From positions 1-53,591 of the IMG/VR virus record IMGVR_UViG_3300020477_000033: DNA of 53,591 nt; one strand, written 5' to 3'. This DNA comes from a virus. Taxonomy: Duplodnaviria > Caudoviricetes. The notes under the pieces were generated by a model. It was not told where the DNA came from and made no database searches. It was given only the letters and a program-made list of their open reading frames with translations. The position numbers and the translations under genes were made by a program. This document shows, in pieces, positions 21,501-29,596 of the stretch. Positions within the stretch are counted from its first letter, which is position 1. Each line of letters starts with the position of its first letter.

Positions 21501-23111
21501 ATTGATATATCTCCTGATAGAAAAGCTAATTTAATAATGATGCATAAAGCCAATATCGAAAAAGCTGACAGTGCGTATTACAGAGAACTAAAAGCCAATG
21601 CAAGCCGTGTATTGAAACGTCCTAATTTAACAAATAAATACGGAAGTTTATACCACATGACTAGTGATGATGCTGTAGGTCGTAGAATGCAAGGAATTAA
21701 TGATGCTCTTGGAGGTAGATTATTTGGTCCACTATCTAGTGATCCTGCTCAAGCACGTTCTCAAGTAAATGAGGGAATTAGATATCTTAGTAATTTAGAA
21801 GGTAAGTATGAACTTGTTTCTTTATTGTCTGCTCCTAAAACTCCTATTACTAACTTTATAGGTGGTTTTGGTAATCTTATTACAGATGTTGGTTTAGGTC
21901 CTGTGAGAAAATCTTTTAATACTGAGTGGATGTTGAAGAATCTTTTTGTAGAGTATAATTATGAAACTGCACAAATGGAGCGTGCTACTTATGAATATGT
22001 TGATCCAGTAACTTCAAAAGTTGAACAAAAACCAATGACTAATAGAGAAGATATATTTAACTGGATGGATGGTAGTATTGGTGTATTTGACACTACACAA
22101 TTGCAATTAGTTGCTGTAGAAAAACATTTTGGTAGAAATAATGCAGCTACTGTAGTTAGAGAGTTTGCAAATAGATTAGCAGACGCTAGAGCATCTGGTT
22201 ATGATATGGTAACACCAGCAAGTAGAAACAGATTAAGAGAAGCTACTATGTGGGAGTTAGCAAGAGAATATAAAGTAACTGAATCTATTACTGATATGGG
22301 TGCTTTCTTCATGAGAGAATCTGAAAGAATACTTAGAGGACAAGCTTTCTTATCTGGTATGATATTCCATAAAACTAATACATTATCTACTCCTGATGGT
22401 TATGCTACTCGTAATATTTCATTTAACAATCCTGGGTTAATTAAACTATCTTTAGATACAGTTAAAGCTTCTCAGTTCCTTTATCAAGCTACTGAAAGAT
22501 CTAACTTCTCAAATACTGCACTAGGTCGTGTTATGACAAGATTCCAGCCTTATGCTTGGAATAGTATTAGAAGAAGACTTGATATATACAGAAATGCTAG
22601 ATCAGTAGGTTTTGACTATAAAAAGATAGCAAGTAAAAGATTTCAAAGACAAGTATCTTTTGATATGTTCTCTTTAGCACTAGCAAATGCATTTGTTGCA
22701 AGTATATTTGAATATTCACTATCACCACCAATGAATTGGATGCAAGATACAGCTCAATTACTATTAGGTGATGAAGAAGAAAGAGAACGTGCTTTCTTTA
22801 ATCAGTATCCATCTAAAGTGTTAGCACCATTGCAAGCAGTTACTCCACCAGCTGCAAGATTTATATTACCACCAATAACTGCAACTATAAATGGTAGTTA
22901 TGATAACTTCTTTAAGTTCCATGCAGCTACATATTTTCCATTTGGTAGATTAGGACGTGATCTATATAGAACATATCAGAGTCCTGCAATGGCTGTAGAT
23001 TTTATGACTGGGCTTCCTTTACATAGAATACATCAGTATAGACGTGATCAGATAGAAGCTAATAACGAAATTGAGAATATTGAGTCAGAAATTGACGATT
23101 CTGATGTTTAA
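12510..23111 (+). CDS. Giant multidomain virion protein with putative two-barrel RNA polymerase and SLOG domain
   Basis: LLRVP..(38 aa)..GADNDFD; DIFYESGGK; SGMQSGAD...RTIRNVNDNDATVIF...NIAG; Gly/Ala-rich N-terminus. Confidence 0.75.
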   Translation: MATPYNTQIDYLTNLRDVGIINPQEYLKRLDTSYRMKPNLFSEEDLDYIEKEHKKYDIKWNRDLQESGASLLSVVNQFTSGLVEGFTTIGWADEPDTAVERIAGSFGHLLGFAPDVIASVLSGGRYIPIAAAKQASKKSQKAVREGISKVASKSPSLLRKEISPNTFALRSIPMLVADKVLEHSKAALGSTNLTSLGFLSRGLLGKASVRNAAHQAVHLGVALGVSSWKDGPKAMIDATMHGAAAGAIFGSIGNYVRIGDMLRSKDTAQMGREAVKLASRQLYQDPNKYEAIEMLMKGSLGASFQGGLTTLQGAPLPDQIYEYLLGFFFGASAKSAGFMNRTKFINQRFFPSNENISRVKEKWQADPEYQALPKVDRQYIDSYLDSIRRQQLNIINSDRPSWAQGLSQTIKDIAKEKNIDLTEPITIEKKIILDNEQKKIEKIKTPKKDTVDNEGINVQMPEIPKNKEETFKMAYRKETGTETKNNLVASINSGMQSGADYGGLKGGKRRGAKTGGWITSDFKTKISGSKKQKDQLIKDYGLKLVTEPITVEVERGKKRTFPPESYPNRTIRNVNDNDATVIFALPEHIDKSVGTNKTIGYASEGKWVRGSSKKQLKSASYLSGYRPHIIITGGYKSKKMADIEAQNLTDFILNVTKKNNGKIPNINIAGHGNDRVPGNKTWKSFEDYVDYIVDKSLEGKVETSPIPPNVDNGGVEITASNPRPPKTVKDYAKERMGDYKHEISKGIEEIENASSDHSSKTILSRPTNIAAEYIVSQNKKLRLDTVKLEMNDLIEKSTSDIKFFEKLDIKFGVSIPENIRKELGRAYLIKRNLKEQTDHGIQNLKSFKKEPYKEEFNHEQFPSEDIDGTILVKYRTENKHDRHVKGTVEDVSYILSSVQIDQKQGRAFKTIDNVQGPILYKMEYKPILTHQVPKGKKEPITGKKAWEYTLTKEGLDAINQKLEKDGYYVSRAYKDKGVLEVTPYAISEKNPYKDNYLSKDDQVSVLKELWQSDRKPKTDVERKTLISNLYYLLREHSLKGIKGHGKITADSLIKGIREVRANDNQKLNYKDVVEYNKYASLDWATNIPLNRKDYNIYDAGSKTKAVYVPDLPAEVHKVIMLGNTDSVHLRRQDVFDAVAKRHYIDAKDDKIKLTAFRGARNDVNLIKNKIGTERVSDALDKLMHKFNIHDIFYESGGKTNKGNFNLARLRFNEKTKEYFFEGGINDKNIVDYNWNEWYIDLGVRQNSSHMNRGASVGKQLYDSISMSRIRGESIERGDRLDKAVSDWIDLSNAGDPVLGTEIINNFRAGKELTRDFDIHMVPEDVIIEMKNDVTRGGIDNPVFKQVLKKIVESNELDISSQVWDPQKSADLKKDIMEQYQVSEILNMHDYDPLVFTTHPYKDFINKALFRHLVNKKRQPRDPDAFQTTLNGLNAEELVLHKPRKNQGPNKIRTGVGDGLFMMGRDVRDKPVRIPQIKAIKTMGQAWDMLRNTKLDKTEAIAIQEVLDGQVLLRVPNSAVSGARVPRFGGFVNRDGIGLYVGPKDKYYMDGADNDFDEAFVFRNIPKELREEFARNQEFLKDEKGELINLETPPDWLIKDGYFTPYEAKTSNDVLIDMVTPWPRLEAGRSAAVGKESMGGAINSLDRQLSVMDAVINTKITEPSREIPYMLVNVTKTDNKQNAYFDNSFDHRIVLLDGKGKPMTSTNLKDYDVLLKQFEVDALKIKNGYADSPKYLNIPSNFQIAEMTWNKYFRVQRLSQGVWKDLGKHSSISWLNTTSTQAKYKNKAGKWIPVRKIQEIQNLADTYKLIHGMPSMKEINESPRVFNEFISNPNYRYDLQVYNTAKKLADRTDWTIDSFEYLQSYRGFEHLYDNSIEPYDFVLRMTTELQKRLINSKYFDKYGLIPNYRHETQAIFSLKRSGNFMFKNLKDIANKNYKTLAMTPTREIENHFDNALNLNVADYVSDMFITKVAKSRLTEMNVHEAFNLIKDIQTRVNQIKETWYYGSNNFRDNTGYTVPRERLDYKWINQELAKLKVRYNKIPSYKPFIKDIELVIDAYLKANPRFRFKELANKTTEDLMKLVNNHSRYIANKLTQKTVDGKRKFTPEQLSALTPETYDKFSKDNNLLKLEQAIRFREDALNVLFQRISHFDRTKMVKPENRIALLKLKKEILSKGLESVNKNVKLPKETSDFIRTLYQTNSADQILDINTVNNKKIVKTKQEEVDTDIKKFKKEQKKLKVSKTKKIYGTDPEGKKKVIGEELGDVDNIFGTLTSQKEVLKGLARKFRDKKQDPDVVKQRTVSTIKRAFKKPFSFLERLDSNILEPITPENQKVLDAFRGLIEKHPQVLENLDWYFGKFTKDSEGIVRDLASMNSKEALLFVKQLERSFKPMTGLVGRDGKFKEKPRKSDHVWFYDYAGERLGFMESDLELKPMLENKMMVNGDIKSEYMEQPMSSLQLIKEHIDFTDTITKAARDNIEKTHVGHFGEILTSDSKELARHRKLLEEHAINSIEYLEIGKNEKARNSFHSNNYLKKKYKDSKKLIDQLQNEGVKIPYLGNNLPPHIFVQELIKKHKSFTKWVADSYIESRHKNIKETFLHISSWNPKFKMWFPKDEFSRKEKYTEKDGYKYQIQELEKMFYDKETGLFKQDRYIAYYYSLMNYQGAYIKRDGSTKKSDITGQFNNREISQHLLPSFNDMIFIKNAMKIKDRAQDKFTKWDLSRPEKLTQKQKDKVKEWVMREISVNSDYMKMFDNSIIESGYHPRVGHTEIQKNAEKIQELMLEIADKEMATITTPDKLDPEIRNQMILVNPERGRPLTFTEAKQLQKAKMLSLTQAEFTNSALEGQMGNELAISDLMTRDRSGNNRYIGDYTPANMHKRGRWIMPFYRLDVEALRKYGNILTKSHLTNVTGLNLEMIVKKFDRVNNVENDINALGWSGYLRDAALNMMGMSHHKPIDIHGIQEKHKPLYQSFIDNNFSTKGLKLSKAEHDLIYDFKRSIDISPDRKANLIMMHKANIEKADSAYYRELKANASRVLKRPNLTNKYGSLYHMTSDDAVGRRMQGINDALGGRLFGPLSSDPAQARSQVNEGIRYLSNLEGKYELVSLLSAPKTPITNFIGGFGNLITDVGLGPVRKSFNTEWMLKNLFVEYNYETAQMERATYEYVDPVTSKVEQKPMTNREDIFNWMDGSIGVFDTTQLQLVAVEKHFGRNNAATVVREFANRLADARASGYDMVTPASRNRLREATMWELAREYKVTESITDMGAFFMRESERILRGQAFLSGMIFHKTNTLSTPDGYATRNISFNNPGLIKLSLDTVKASQFLYQATERSNFSNTALGRVMTRFQPYAWNSIRRRLDIYRNARSVGFDYKKIASKRFQRQVSFDMFSLALANAFVASIFEYSLSPPMNWMQDTAQLLLGDEEERERAFFNQYPSKVLAPLQAVTPPAARFILPPITATINGSYDNFFKFHAATYFPFGRLGRDLYRTYQSPAMAVDFMTGLPLHRIHQYRRDQIEANNEIENIESEIDDSDV

Positions 23112-23167
23112 GGCTCTATTTAATGCCTTAATGGTGATATAATTATTTACTGGGTACTTACTACTAA

Positions 23168-23213
23168 AAAAAAAGATTACAAGCTTCTAGGGCTATTCTC
23201 GTAATCTTTTTTT
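23168..23213. terminator. Inverted repeat at convergence of late and early blocks, possible bidirectional terminator
   Basis: AAAAAAAGATTAC-N20-GTAATCTTTTTTT. Confidence 0.5.
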
Positions 23214-23351
23214 CTTTAACTTGTTATTTTCTTCTGTTAATTCAGCTAAAAGTCGTTTTAGTGGAAAATCTTTCTTAAATATCATATTATTTTTATTTAA
23301 GTGGTATTCATGCTTTAATGACCAAGCTTTATTAATATCAACTTTCATCAT
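23193..23351 (-). CDS. Small hypothetical protein (52 aa)
   Basis: MMKVDINKAWSLKHEY...KKKRLRE*; overlaps end of GroES. Confidence 0.35.
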   Translation of the reverse strand: MMKVDINKAWSLKHEYHLNKNNMIFKKDFPLKRLLAELTEENNKLKKKRLRE

Positions 23352-23604
23352 ATTTAGCTAGTATTTGACTTTCTTCCATGAATACTAACTCCTTTCCATC
23401 TATATTTACTTTGTAACCACCAGCTTGAATTAAAACTTTATCATTGATCTTAAGAGACTTAACTGCATCTGCAACTTCTACTACCTTAGCTAGTATAGTT
23501 TTATCTCTAGATGTATGATAATCATCTGTTAATACAATACCTGATTCAGTTTTAGATTCTTTAGGTATTTCTTCTAGTATAACTTCATTTCTTAATGGTC
23601 TCAT
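23338..23604 (-). CDS. groES: Co-chaperonin GroES (Cpn10)
   Basis: MRPLRNEVIL...KTESGIVL mobile loop; DKVL; ESQILA; start at 23604 with AGGAG RBS. Confidence 0.88.
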   Translation of the reverse strand: MRPLRNEVILEEIPKESKTESGIVLTDDYHTSRDKTILAKVVEVADAVKSLKINDKVLIQAGGYKVNIDGKELVFMEESQILAKYDES

Positions 23605-23762
23605 ATTTCTCCTTAAAGTTTTGTAGGTACACGGTGCCAACCAATTGTTTATCAAAAGTCTAATTATTTACGTTACTAAAGGGGTAAATGGGATTGGATA
23701 CCCACCCGCTTCCTTTTAAAGCGTATTAATTGTTAATTTATTTAAACAGTGTACCTACAAAT

Positions 23763-23909
23763 TTATAACTCGTTTATCTCATCTAGTAATTTTTCTACTA
23801 GTTTGATCTCTTGCTTTGAAAGAAATGGTGCTTTCTTATAGTTAACTAATGCATTTTTCAGTATTACTAACTCAGCTACTGAATTTAGTTTTATATTAAA
23901 CTCCTTCAT
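23763..23909 (-). CDS. Small hypothetical protein (48 aa)
   Basis: AAGGAG RBS; MKEFNIKLNSVAELVILKNAL...EINEL*. Confidence 0.6.
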   Translation of the reverse strand: MKEFNIKLNSVAELVILKNALVNYKKAPFLSKQEIKLVEKLLDEINEL

Positions 23910-23918
23910 TTCATCTCC

Positions 23919-24293
23919 TTATACACCTTCTCCAGATAAAGACCTTAGTAGTTCAAGTTCTTTTTTATCTGATAGGGGCATATTCTTTTTTTCTGATATT
24001 ATTTCTATGAATTTCTCTAATGTCATAACAACTAATGGTTCTTTACGATCCATTCTTGTTACTACTAGATCAACATCATCTCCATGATAATCTGGATATA
24101 GCCATTGTGCTATCTTTTTCTTTCTTTTGGCTTGAATGCAAAAATCTTCAACGATTACGTCAACTACTTCAGATTTTCCTAAAGATCTACCATCTGAGGC
24201 ATAGGCCCTCTTTGCAGAGAGCCCAGCTTCTTTGGCGATATTGACGATTTCACGCTCTAAATTATTGCCACGTATTTTATTTCTATGCGTCAT
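23919..24293 (-). CDS. Holliday junction resolvase, Hjc-like PD-(D/E)xK nuclease
   Basis: RGNNLERE, VDVIV, IQAKR motifs. Confidence 0.8.
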   Translation of the reverse strand: MTHRNKIRGNNLEREIVNIAKEAGLSAKRAYASDGRSLGKSEVVDVIVEDFCIQAKRKKKIAQWLYPDYHGDDVDLVVTRMDRKEPLVVMTLEKFIEIISEKKNMPLSDKKELELLRSLSGEGV

Positions 24294-24534
24294 ACATTTT
24301 CATCCTAATTTCCTTTGGTTCTTTAGAAGCTTTCCAGAGCATAATTGCCCATTCAAATTCTAATTTATCAAAGATTCTTACGAAGAAAGTAACTTTGTTT
24401 GCAAAGTCTACTGGTATATAACTTGCACCCATAGCTATAAAAGTAAATAGTTTTATTACAAAGTGATTACCTGTATGATTCATCACTTCAGTATTATGCA
24501 TCTTTATATCAATTAAGTATTTTAGATATTTCAT
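24283..24534 (-). CDS. Hypothetical protein
   Basis: 83-aa ORF with RBS. Confidence 0.6.
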   Translation of the reverse strand: MKYLKYLIDIKMHNTEVMNHTGNHFVIKLFTFIAMGASYIPVDFANKVTFFVRIFDKLEFEWAIMLWKASKEPKEIRMKMYDA

Positions 24535-24549
24535 ATCCTTTTCTTCTCC

Positions 24550-26340
24550 TTATTGTATTTCTGTTTTATTAAATGTGAAAGTATTGTAGTCAAATTCTGC
24601 AATCATTTCAAATCTGCCTTCATCTCTAGATTTCTCAGAGTTGATGACTCTATGAATTTCGTTACGATTTCCCTTAACTACAAGAACTTTATCTGCTTTC
24701 TGTACAACATTGGTAGAACCTTTTAAAGAGTGTAATCCTACAACTCCTTGAGAAGCACTAACTTTATTGATATGATGTACTGCAATAACAATAGTATGAT
24801 TTCTTTGAGCTATGCCCTTTAAGCCATCTATAATATTGTTTTGCTTTTCTATGTCTGATGCTTTGTAATTAGATTGCAATTCATCAGTAGTATCTACAAC
24901 TAGAACATTTGGTTCATGTTGAGCTACTATCTTTTTAACAGCTTCGATATCTGGTGCTATAGTAACAATCTTAATATGTCCTAATTCATCTTGAAAAGAG
25001 ATCTCTGGATTATTTTTGTATTGATCAATAACCCATTGAGCATTCTTCTTTTTTGCAATTTGAACAAATCTTCTGAATGTTAATATTTCGTTCATTTCTA
25101 GTGATAGAAATAAAGTATCTTTTTTAGCTTTTGCTACAATGTTCTGAACAAAAGCTGATTTACCCATTCCTGTATCACCACTACAAATTACTAATTCACC
25201 TGGTTTAAATACAAAACTGTTACAGTTAAATATATCTTTCAGATCTATAGACTTCTTAGTCATATCATTTTCTATGTATGCTTTGAAGTAATCTTCAAGT
25301 GCCATAACATCTTTAATGTCCATCATGTAATCTTTTCTTTTAAAGTGAATACATTTTGGATCACAGTATTCTGCCATAATAACATCTTGACAACCATACA
25401 TATAGTTTTCTTCATATATATTGCTAACTGTTCTAGTTACTTCATCTGGATCGAGTTGTCCATTAGCCCAATTTATCATACCTTGTAAGGTTACAAGATA
25501 GGGAATACCTGCTCTCTTGTAAGAACTTGACATACGCATTATCTTTGTATTTCTGGAACCTTGTGTAGGTCCTTCATTAAAGATATGTTGTACGCAAGTA
25601 ACAACAGATGTAGTATCCCCTGTCTTGTTCGTATTGGATTGAACAACCGATGGTGAAGTAATTATGTACTTTTGTAAATAAGGTTCTACCTCTTTATTGG
25701 TATTTAAAGTATTGTAGAATCCTTCTTTTGATTTTGCAAAATTAGTATAACTTCTTTTAGAAGTTGCTATTTTACAAACATCACTATATGATAAGTCCCA
25801 TATGTATTGTATTGGTATGAATACTTTATACAACTTACTTTTTGGATTTAATGACCACTTGGATCTAATGATTCTAGTTTTGTCATATATATTATCTCCA
25901 AAAGTAAAGTATTCTTTCATTGTAGCTTTAACTTTAGTATGAAGATTTTTACTTGGTTGAAAACCAAATACATTTTGTAGTTCAATGTGATAACCATTTC
26001 CACTAAACCACAAATTAATATCTTCTTGCCTAACGTCAAAGTCAAACAACTCATTCAAGCAATATCTAACATATTCTTGGAACTTATCATCGTTGTGATC
26101 TGATTTGTCTATATCTATAGTAATAGTATCTACGTAAGCTAAACCGTCAAAACCTTTAACTGTTTTGTTAGTTAATACATAGTCACCAAAGGTTGAGTCA
26201 AATGAATAGTATGATCGGTACATTTCTTTACCAAAACTATTCTTTTCTTCAATCTTGTTATAGACATCTAATGTAGCTACTTTATTTCTATTTGATAGAC
26301 TACCTTGGATCACTTCGATTACAGTGTTTCTATTTTCCAT
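24550..26340 (-). CDS. AEP primase (prim-pol) fused to DnaB/RecA-type helicase
   Basis: DID, FSGNGYH, RIIR primase motifs; GSRN PriCT-like region; Walker A GDTGMGKS; SLEM; VVD; ADKVL. Confidence 0.88.
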   Translation of the reverse strand: MENRNTVIEVIQGSLSNRNKVATLDVYNKIEEKNSFGKEMYRSYYSFDSTFGDYVLTNKTVKGFDGLAYVDTITIDIDKSDHNDDKFQEYVRYCLNELFDFDVRQEDINLWFSGNGYHIELQNVFGFQPSKNLHTKVKATMKEYFTFGDNIYDKTRIIRSKWSLNPKSKLYKVFIPIQYIWDLSYSDVCKIATSKRSYTNFAKSKEGFYNTLNTNKEVEPYLQKYIITSPSVVQSNTNKTGDTTSVVTCVQHIFNEGPTQGSRNTKIMRMSSSYKRAGIPYLVTLQGMINWANGQLDPDEVTRTVSNIYEENYMYGCQDVIMAEYCDPKCIHFKRKDYMMDIKDVMALEDYFKAYIENDMTKKSIDLKDIFNCNSFVFKPGELVICSGDTGMGKSAFVQNIVAKAKKDTLFLSLEMNEILTFRRFVQIAKKKNAQWVIDQYKNNPEISFQDELGHIKIVTIAPDIEAVKKIVAQHEPNVLVVDTTDELQSNYKASDIEKQNNIIDGLKGIAQRNHTIVIAVHHINKVSASQGVVGLHSLKGSTNVVQKADKVLVVKGNRNEIHRVINSEKSRDEGRFEMIAEFDYNTFTFNKTEIQ

Positions 26341-26579
26341 CCTTTTACCTTACCATTCGTATTGTGTTGTATTTCAGTTAAACTAATACCATGTTTATCT
26401 AATACATTACTTTCACGTATCTTTCTAAATGTCCTAGAATAAGAACTTGCAGTATGTACCTTACCTGTTGTAAGTCTTCCATAAACTGGTATTGCTTCTT
26501 CAAATTCATAACTATAGAAGTTAGCATTGGATCTAACACGACTTTTGATCCAGTTAACTACTATTTCTTCCATAGTCAT
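26319..26579 (-). CDS. Hypothetical protein, possibly winged-helix DNA-binding
   Basis: 86 aa, coupled between SSB and primase. Confidence 0.55.
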   Translation of the reverse strand: MTMEEIVVNWIKSRVRSNANFYSYEFEEAIPVYGRLTTGKVHTASSYSRTFRKIRESNVLDKHGISLTEIQHNTNGKVKGWKIETL

Positions 26580-27130
26580 TAGAATGGTAAGTCATCAGAT
26601 TCAACTTTATCACCTGCATCATTATTGATTAATGTGTCCATGACATCTTGTTCCATCTGTGACGGTTTCTTATAGTCTTTTGGATAACCTTTCTCAACTT
26701 GTTTCATAAACAACTTTTCAAGATCATCTTTTTTGTTAAGACTAGATACAACACCCCATGTATTTCTCTTATATTTTCCTGTGGAACTATAAGTAATACA
26801 TGCTATTTCCTTATCAACTAAAGCTTCTAAAGATTTAGGTGATAAAGTACCATTGTCAGAAACATTTAAGTCTGCTCCTGCAGCTAGGTATAAGGTATTA
26901 AGATCTGCTGGAAATGCCATATCTACAACAACACCATTAGTATCTTTATCAAAGTTCTGATTAACAAAGCATGTATACGTATAGCTGTTATCTTTGTCTT
27001 CTAATGATAATTTAATACTAAGATCAGTGTATTGACTTTCCATTACTTCAGCGTCAGTAATTTTACACTCATTAACGAAATAGTTTCTAAGTGTTGTTCC
27101 TGATGCTACTTTTGTACCTGTAATTGCCAT
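26579..27130 (-). CDS. Single-stranded DNA-binding protein
   Basis: Acidic C-terminus ending DDLPF; replication context. Confidence 0.7.
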   Translation of the reverse strand: MAITGTKVASGTTLRNYFVNECKITDAEVMESQYTDLSIKLSLEDKDNSYTYTCFVNQNFDKDTNGVVVDMAFPADLNTLYLAAGADLNVSDNGTLSPKSLEALVDKEIACITYSSTGKYKRNTWGVVSSLNKKDDLEKLFMKQVEKGYPKDYKKPSQMEQDVMDTLINNDAGDKVESDDLPF

Positions 27131-27131
27131 A

Positions 27132-27410
27132 TTATTGTTCTCCTGTTAGTGGATCTTCACTATCAGCTGCTTCCATATTGTCCATAGCATGATCCAAATT
27201 ACGTTCTCTAGCAGCTTCTTCATATTGTGTATTCAATTTTTCTAAATACTGTTTGAAGTTTTGTAAACATTTTGACATGTCTATAGTTCCTTCTTCTAGT
27301 ATAGGTAAATTGTACAATATAAAGTGGCCTTGACTGTTTACAAAGTTTTCAATGTCTCCTGGCTCTGCAGTTACATTGTATCTTTCAACAGATTCTTTAT
27401 TTACTTCCAT
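27132..27410 (-). CDS. Hypothetical acidic protein
   Basis: GAGGAGG RBS before 27410. Confidence 0.6.
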   Translation of the reverse strand: MEVNKESVERYNVTAEPGDIENFVNSQGHFILYNLPILEEGTIDMSKCLQNFKQYLEKLNTQYEEAARERNLDHAMDNMEAADSEDPLTGEQ

Positions 27411-27975
27411 CTGCAACCTCCTCAACTGGTGCTGGGATAGACTTTGTAAAGAAATCCATAGTCTTATTGTATCTTACTTTAGTATCGTAAAATCCAGCAG
27501 ATCTTCTGTCTCTGTATGTTTTGAAATGTTCTTCACCGATATATGGCTTAACTTTCCTAGATAATGTATCTAACTTATCTAACATATCTACAGTTACAGC
27601 TGATTTCTTTTGTGCTGCTTTTGCATTTTCTACTTCTTCTTTAGAAGCAATTGCAAAGTCACCACCAAATCCTGCAAATGCAAGAGCTCTTCCAACTGCA
27701 GATGTTTCACAATTTTCTAGAGCTGATGTTTTGTTTACAAATCCAGTATTATCACGTTCGGCTGCATAGCCTGTGTAATAAATTTCTGGTTCTTGTAATG
27801 GGTTTGGGACCACCGTTGCTTTAACAACATATTCATTGCATTGTTCTCCGCTTGGTGTGTCTGTTATAGAACTTACTGAGACTAATTCAGTTTGAATTGT
27901 AGATCCTGGATAATCTGATAAGAATCCAGCTAATCTATCTTTTACTTCAGTATATTCTTTACCTTTAAACTTCAT
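27397..27975 (-). CDS. ssDNA annealing protein (Rad52/Sak-like)
   Basis: Y..V..RL N-terminus; SALENCETSAVGRALAFAG motif. Confidence 0.75.
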   Translation of the reverse strand: MKFKGKEYTEVKDRLAGFLSDYPGSTIQTELVSVSSITDTPSGEQCNEYVVKATVVPNPLQEPEIYYTGYAAERDNTGFVNKTSALENCETSAVGRALAFAGFGGDFAIASKEEVENAKAAQKKSAVTVDMLDKLDTLSRKVKPYIGEEHFKTYRDRRSAGFYDTKVRYNKTMDFFTKSIPAPVEEVADGSK

Positions 27976-28151
27976 ATTCTTGTCCTTTTATTTTAACTAT
28001 TAGTATTGATAATTAAAAGCACTTAACTGATCCTCTCAAACCTAGGTTAAAAGCTAGGCTATACTTGAATTTCAATTAAGTACTTCTAATTATATGCACT
28101 ATATTAACCAATATAGCTTAATATACAAAAGTAATACCAATAATGCAAATA

Positions 28152-28604
28152 TTATTTTTCTGCTTTAGAAAGCGGAACTAATTCCGTTTCTTCAAAATTA
28201 CAATATTCACATATTGCTATCATTTCGTAATCATTGTCTATGTATGTGCTGCCATCATTTGGATTTATAAACTGTTGTATATAAACTCCTGGAGATATGC
28301 AGTTACTACATACTAAGGTATCATCGTCATTCTCATAGAATAAGTCAGTATTTTTAATTAGTTTTATGTTATCAACTAATTTTTTTCTATCATCTTGTGA
28401 TAAGTCTAATTTCCTATCATCCAATATATTTGATAGTGTTCTAAGTATATCTACATATAAAGCTTCAACTTTATATGCTACAACAAGCTTAATAAGAACA
28501 TAAAACATGTGATCTTCCTCACCATTAAAGTGATTCTTTTCATCGTGCCACATGTAATCTAATATTTTATGTATTTGATTTGTGACTTCAGTAGTATATT
28601 TCAT
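28152..28604 (-). CDS. Hypothetical protein with C-terminal Zn ribbon
   Basis: CSNC...CEYC. Confidence 0.65.
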   Translation of the reverse strand: MKYTTEVTNQIHKILDYMWHDEKNHFNGEEDHMFYVLIKLVVAYKVEALYVDILRTLSNILDDRKLDLSQDDRKKLVDNIKLIKNTDLFYENDDDTLVCSNCISPGVYIQQFINPNDGSTYIDNDYEMIAICEYCNFEETELVPLSKAEK

Positions 28605-28605
28605 A

Positions 28606-28839
28606 TTAACCTGCTTCCTGTTGTAGCTTTTGAACTTTTAACTTATCACCTTCTTCCTTAGCTTTAAGTATCTCTGATCTCTTTTGGTGTTCAATTGCTA
28701 CAAATTCTACTACAATAGATAGTTTATTGATATCTAACTCACCTGAATAACTAACTTTTACTAAGAAACCTAAGTCTCTTAATTTATTAACTGATTCAGA
28801 TACTTCTTTTTGTAGTTCTAAGATTTTATTATCACTCAT
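28606..28839 (-). CDS. Hypothetical protein
   Basis: AGGAG RBS, 77 aa. Confidence 0.65.
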   Translation of the reverse strand: MSDNKILELQKEVSESVNKLRDLGFLVKVSYSGELDINKLSIVVEFVAIEHQKRSEILKAKEEGDKLKVQKLQQEAG

Positions 28840-28924
28840 TTGTTTCTCCTAAATGTGGGGCGGTAGTAGTAATGGATATAGTAGATCGTAGTGAAGAGTA
28901 TAAGCACTACCACCGCCACCTATA

Positions 28925-29596
28925 TTATTGATTATCCACAACTCCAGATCTTCTCATTGTAAGACTTGGAAAGTGAAATGATAACTCTTTATAGTAAACA
29001 CTATTAGTAAGTAATTTCTTTATAGTGTCTGAAATAAAGCTACCAGACATGTTACTGCAATAACTTGTTGCTTTTGCATTACATGGTTCTGGATCACCTT
29101 GTTCGTCACTATACCAGTGTTTAATATAAGCATTTAAAGTAGGACTTGCAAGAACTACTTGGTGATAATGCTCTGCTCCCATTCTACCATCTATTACAAA
29201 AGCTGGTCTATCTGAGTGCAATATTATCTCCATAGCTTCTTTTCTTGAAGCCATTGAGTCAAATCCTAATACAACTACATCGTTAGTAGCTGAGTTTCTA
29301 GGTCTCCAGTCATTTACATTAAATCTATTATTGAATGTATTTACTGCACAATCTGGATTTATCTTCTTTAGCTGCTCTCTTAAAGCTTCTACTTTTAACT
29401 TGTTAAGATCTTCACGAGTATATTGCGATACTCCTATATTCTCAGTGCCAACTGTATCCATATCATACAGAACAAGATTATTAGCACCCATTCTTACTAG
29501 CTGAGTAGCAGCAGCACTACCTATTGCTCCACATCCTAGTATATGGTAAGTATACTTATCATAGTTATTAACTAATCCTTCGTATCTTTCTCTCAT
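28925..29596 (-). CDS. ThiF/MoeB/E1-like adenylating enzyme
   Basis: ILGCGAIGS, YDMDTVG..N, KVEAL, GFD, DGRMG; candidate catalytic Cys in EPCNAK. Confidence 0.92.
   Translation of the reverse strand: MRERYEGLVNNYDKYTYHILGCGAIGSAAATQLVRMGANNLVLYDMDTVGTENIGVSQYTREDLNKLKVEALREQLKKINPDCAVNTFNNRFNVNDWRPRNSATNDVVVLGFDSMASRKEAMEIILHSDRPAFVIDGRMGAEHYHQVVLASPTLNAYIKHWYSDEQGDPEPCNAKATSYCSNMSGSFISDTIKKLLTNSVYYKELSFHFPSLTMRRSGVVDNQ

Noticed and set aside
12510-23111. Tape measure protein or T7/N4-type single-subunit RNAP
   Set aside because: No tail tube or sheath genes seen; the motifs fit the two-barrel DxDxD class; I did not identify Pol A-type motifs
28925-29596. ThiF as a thiamine or molybdopterin auxiliary metabolic gene
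   Set aside because: No ThiG, MoaE or sulfurtransferase nearby; lacks the paired CxxC motifs; neighbours are JAB, E2-like and Ubl
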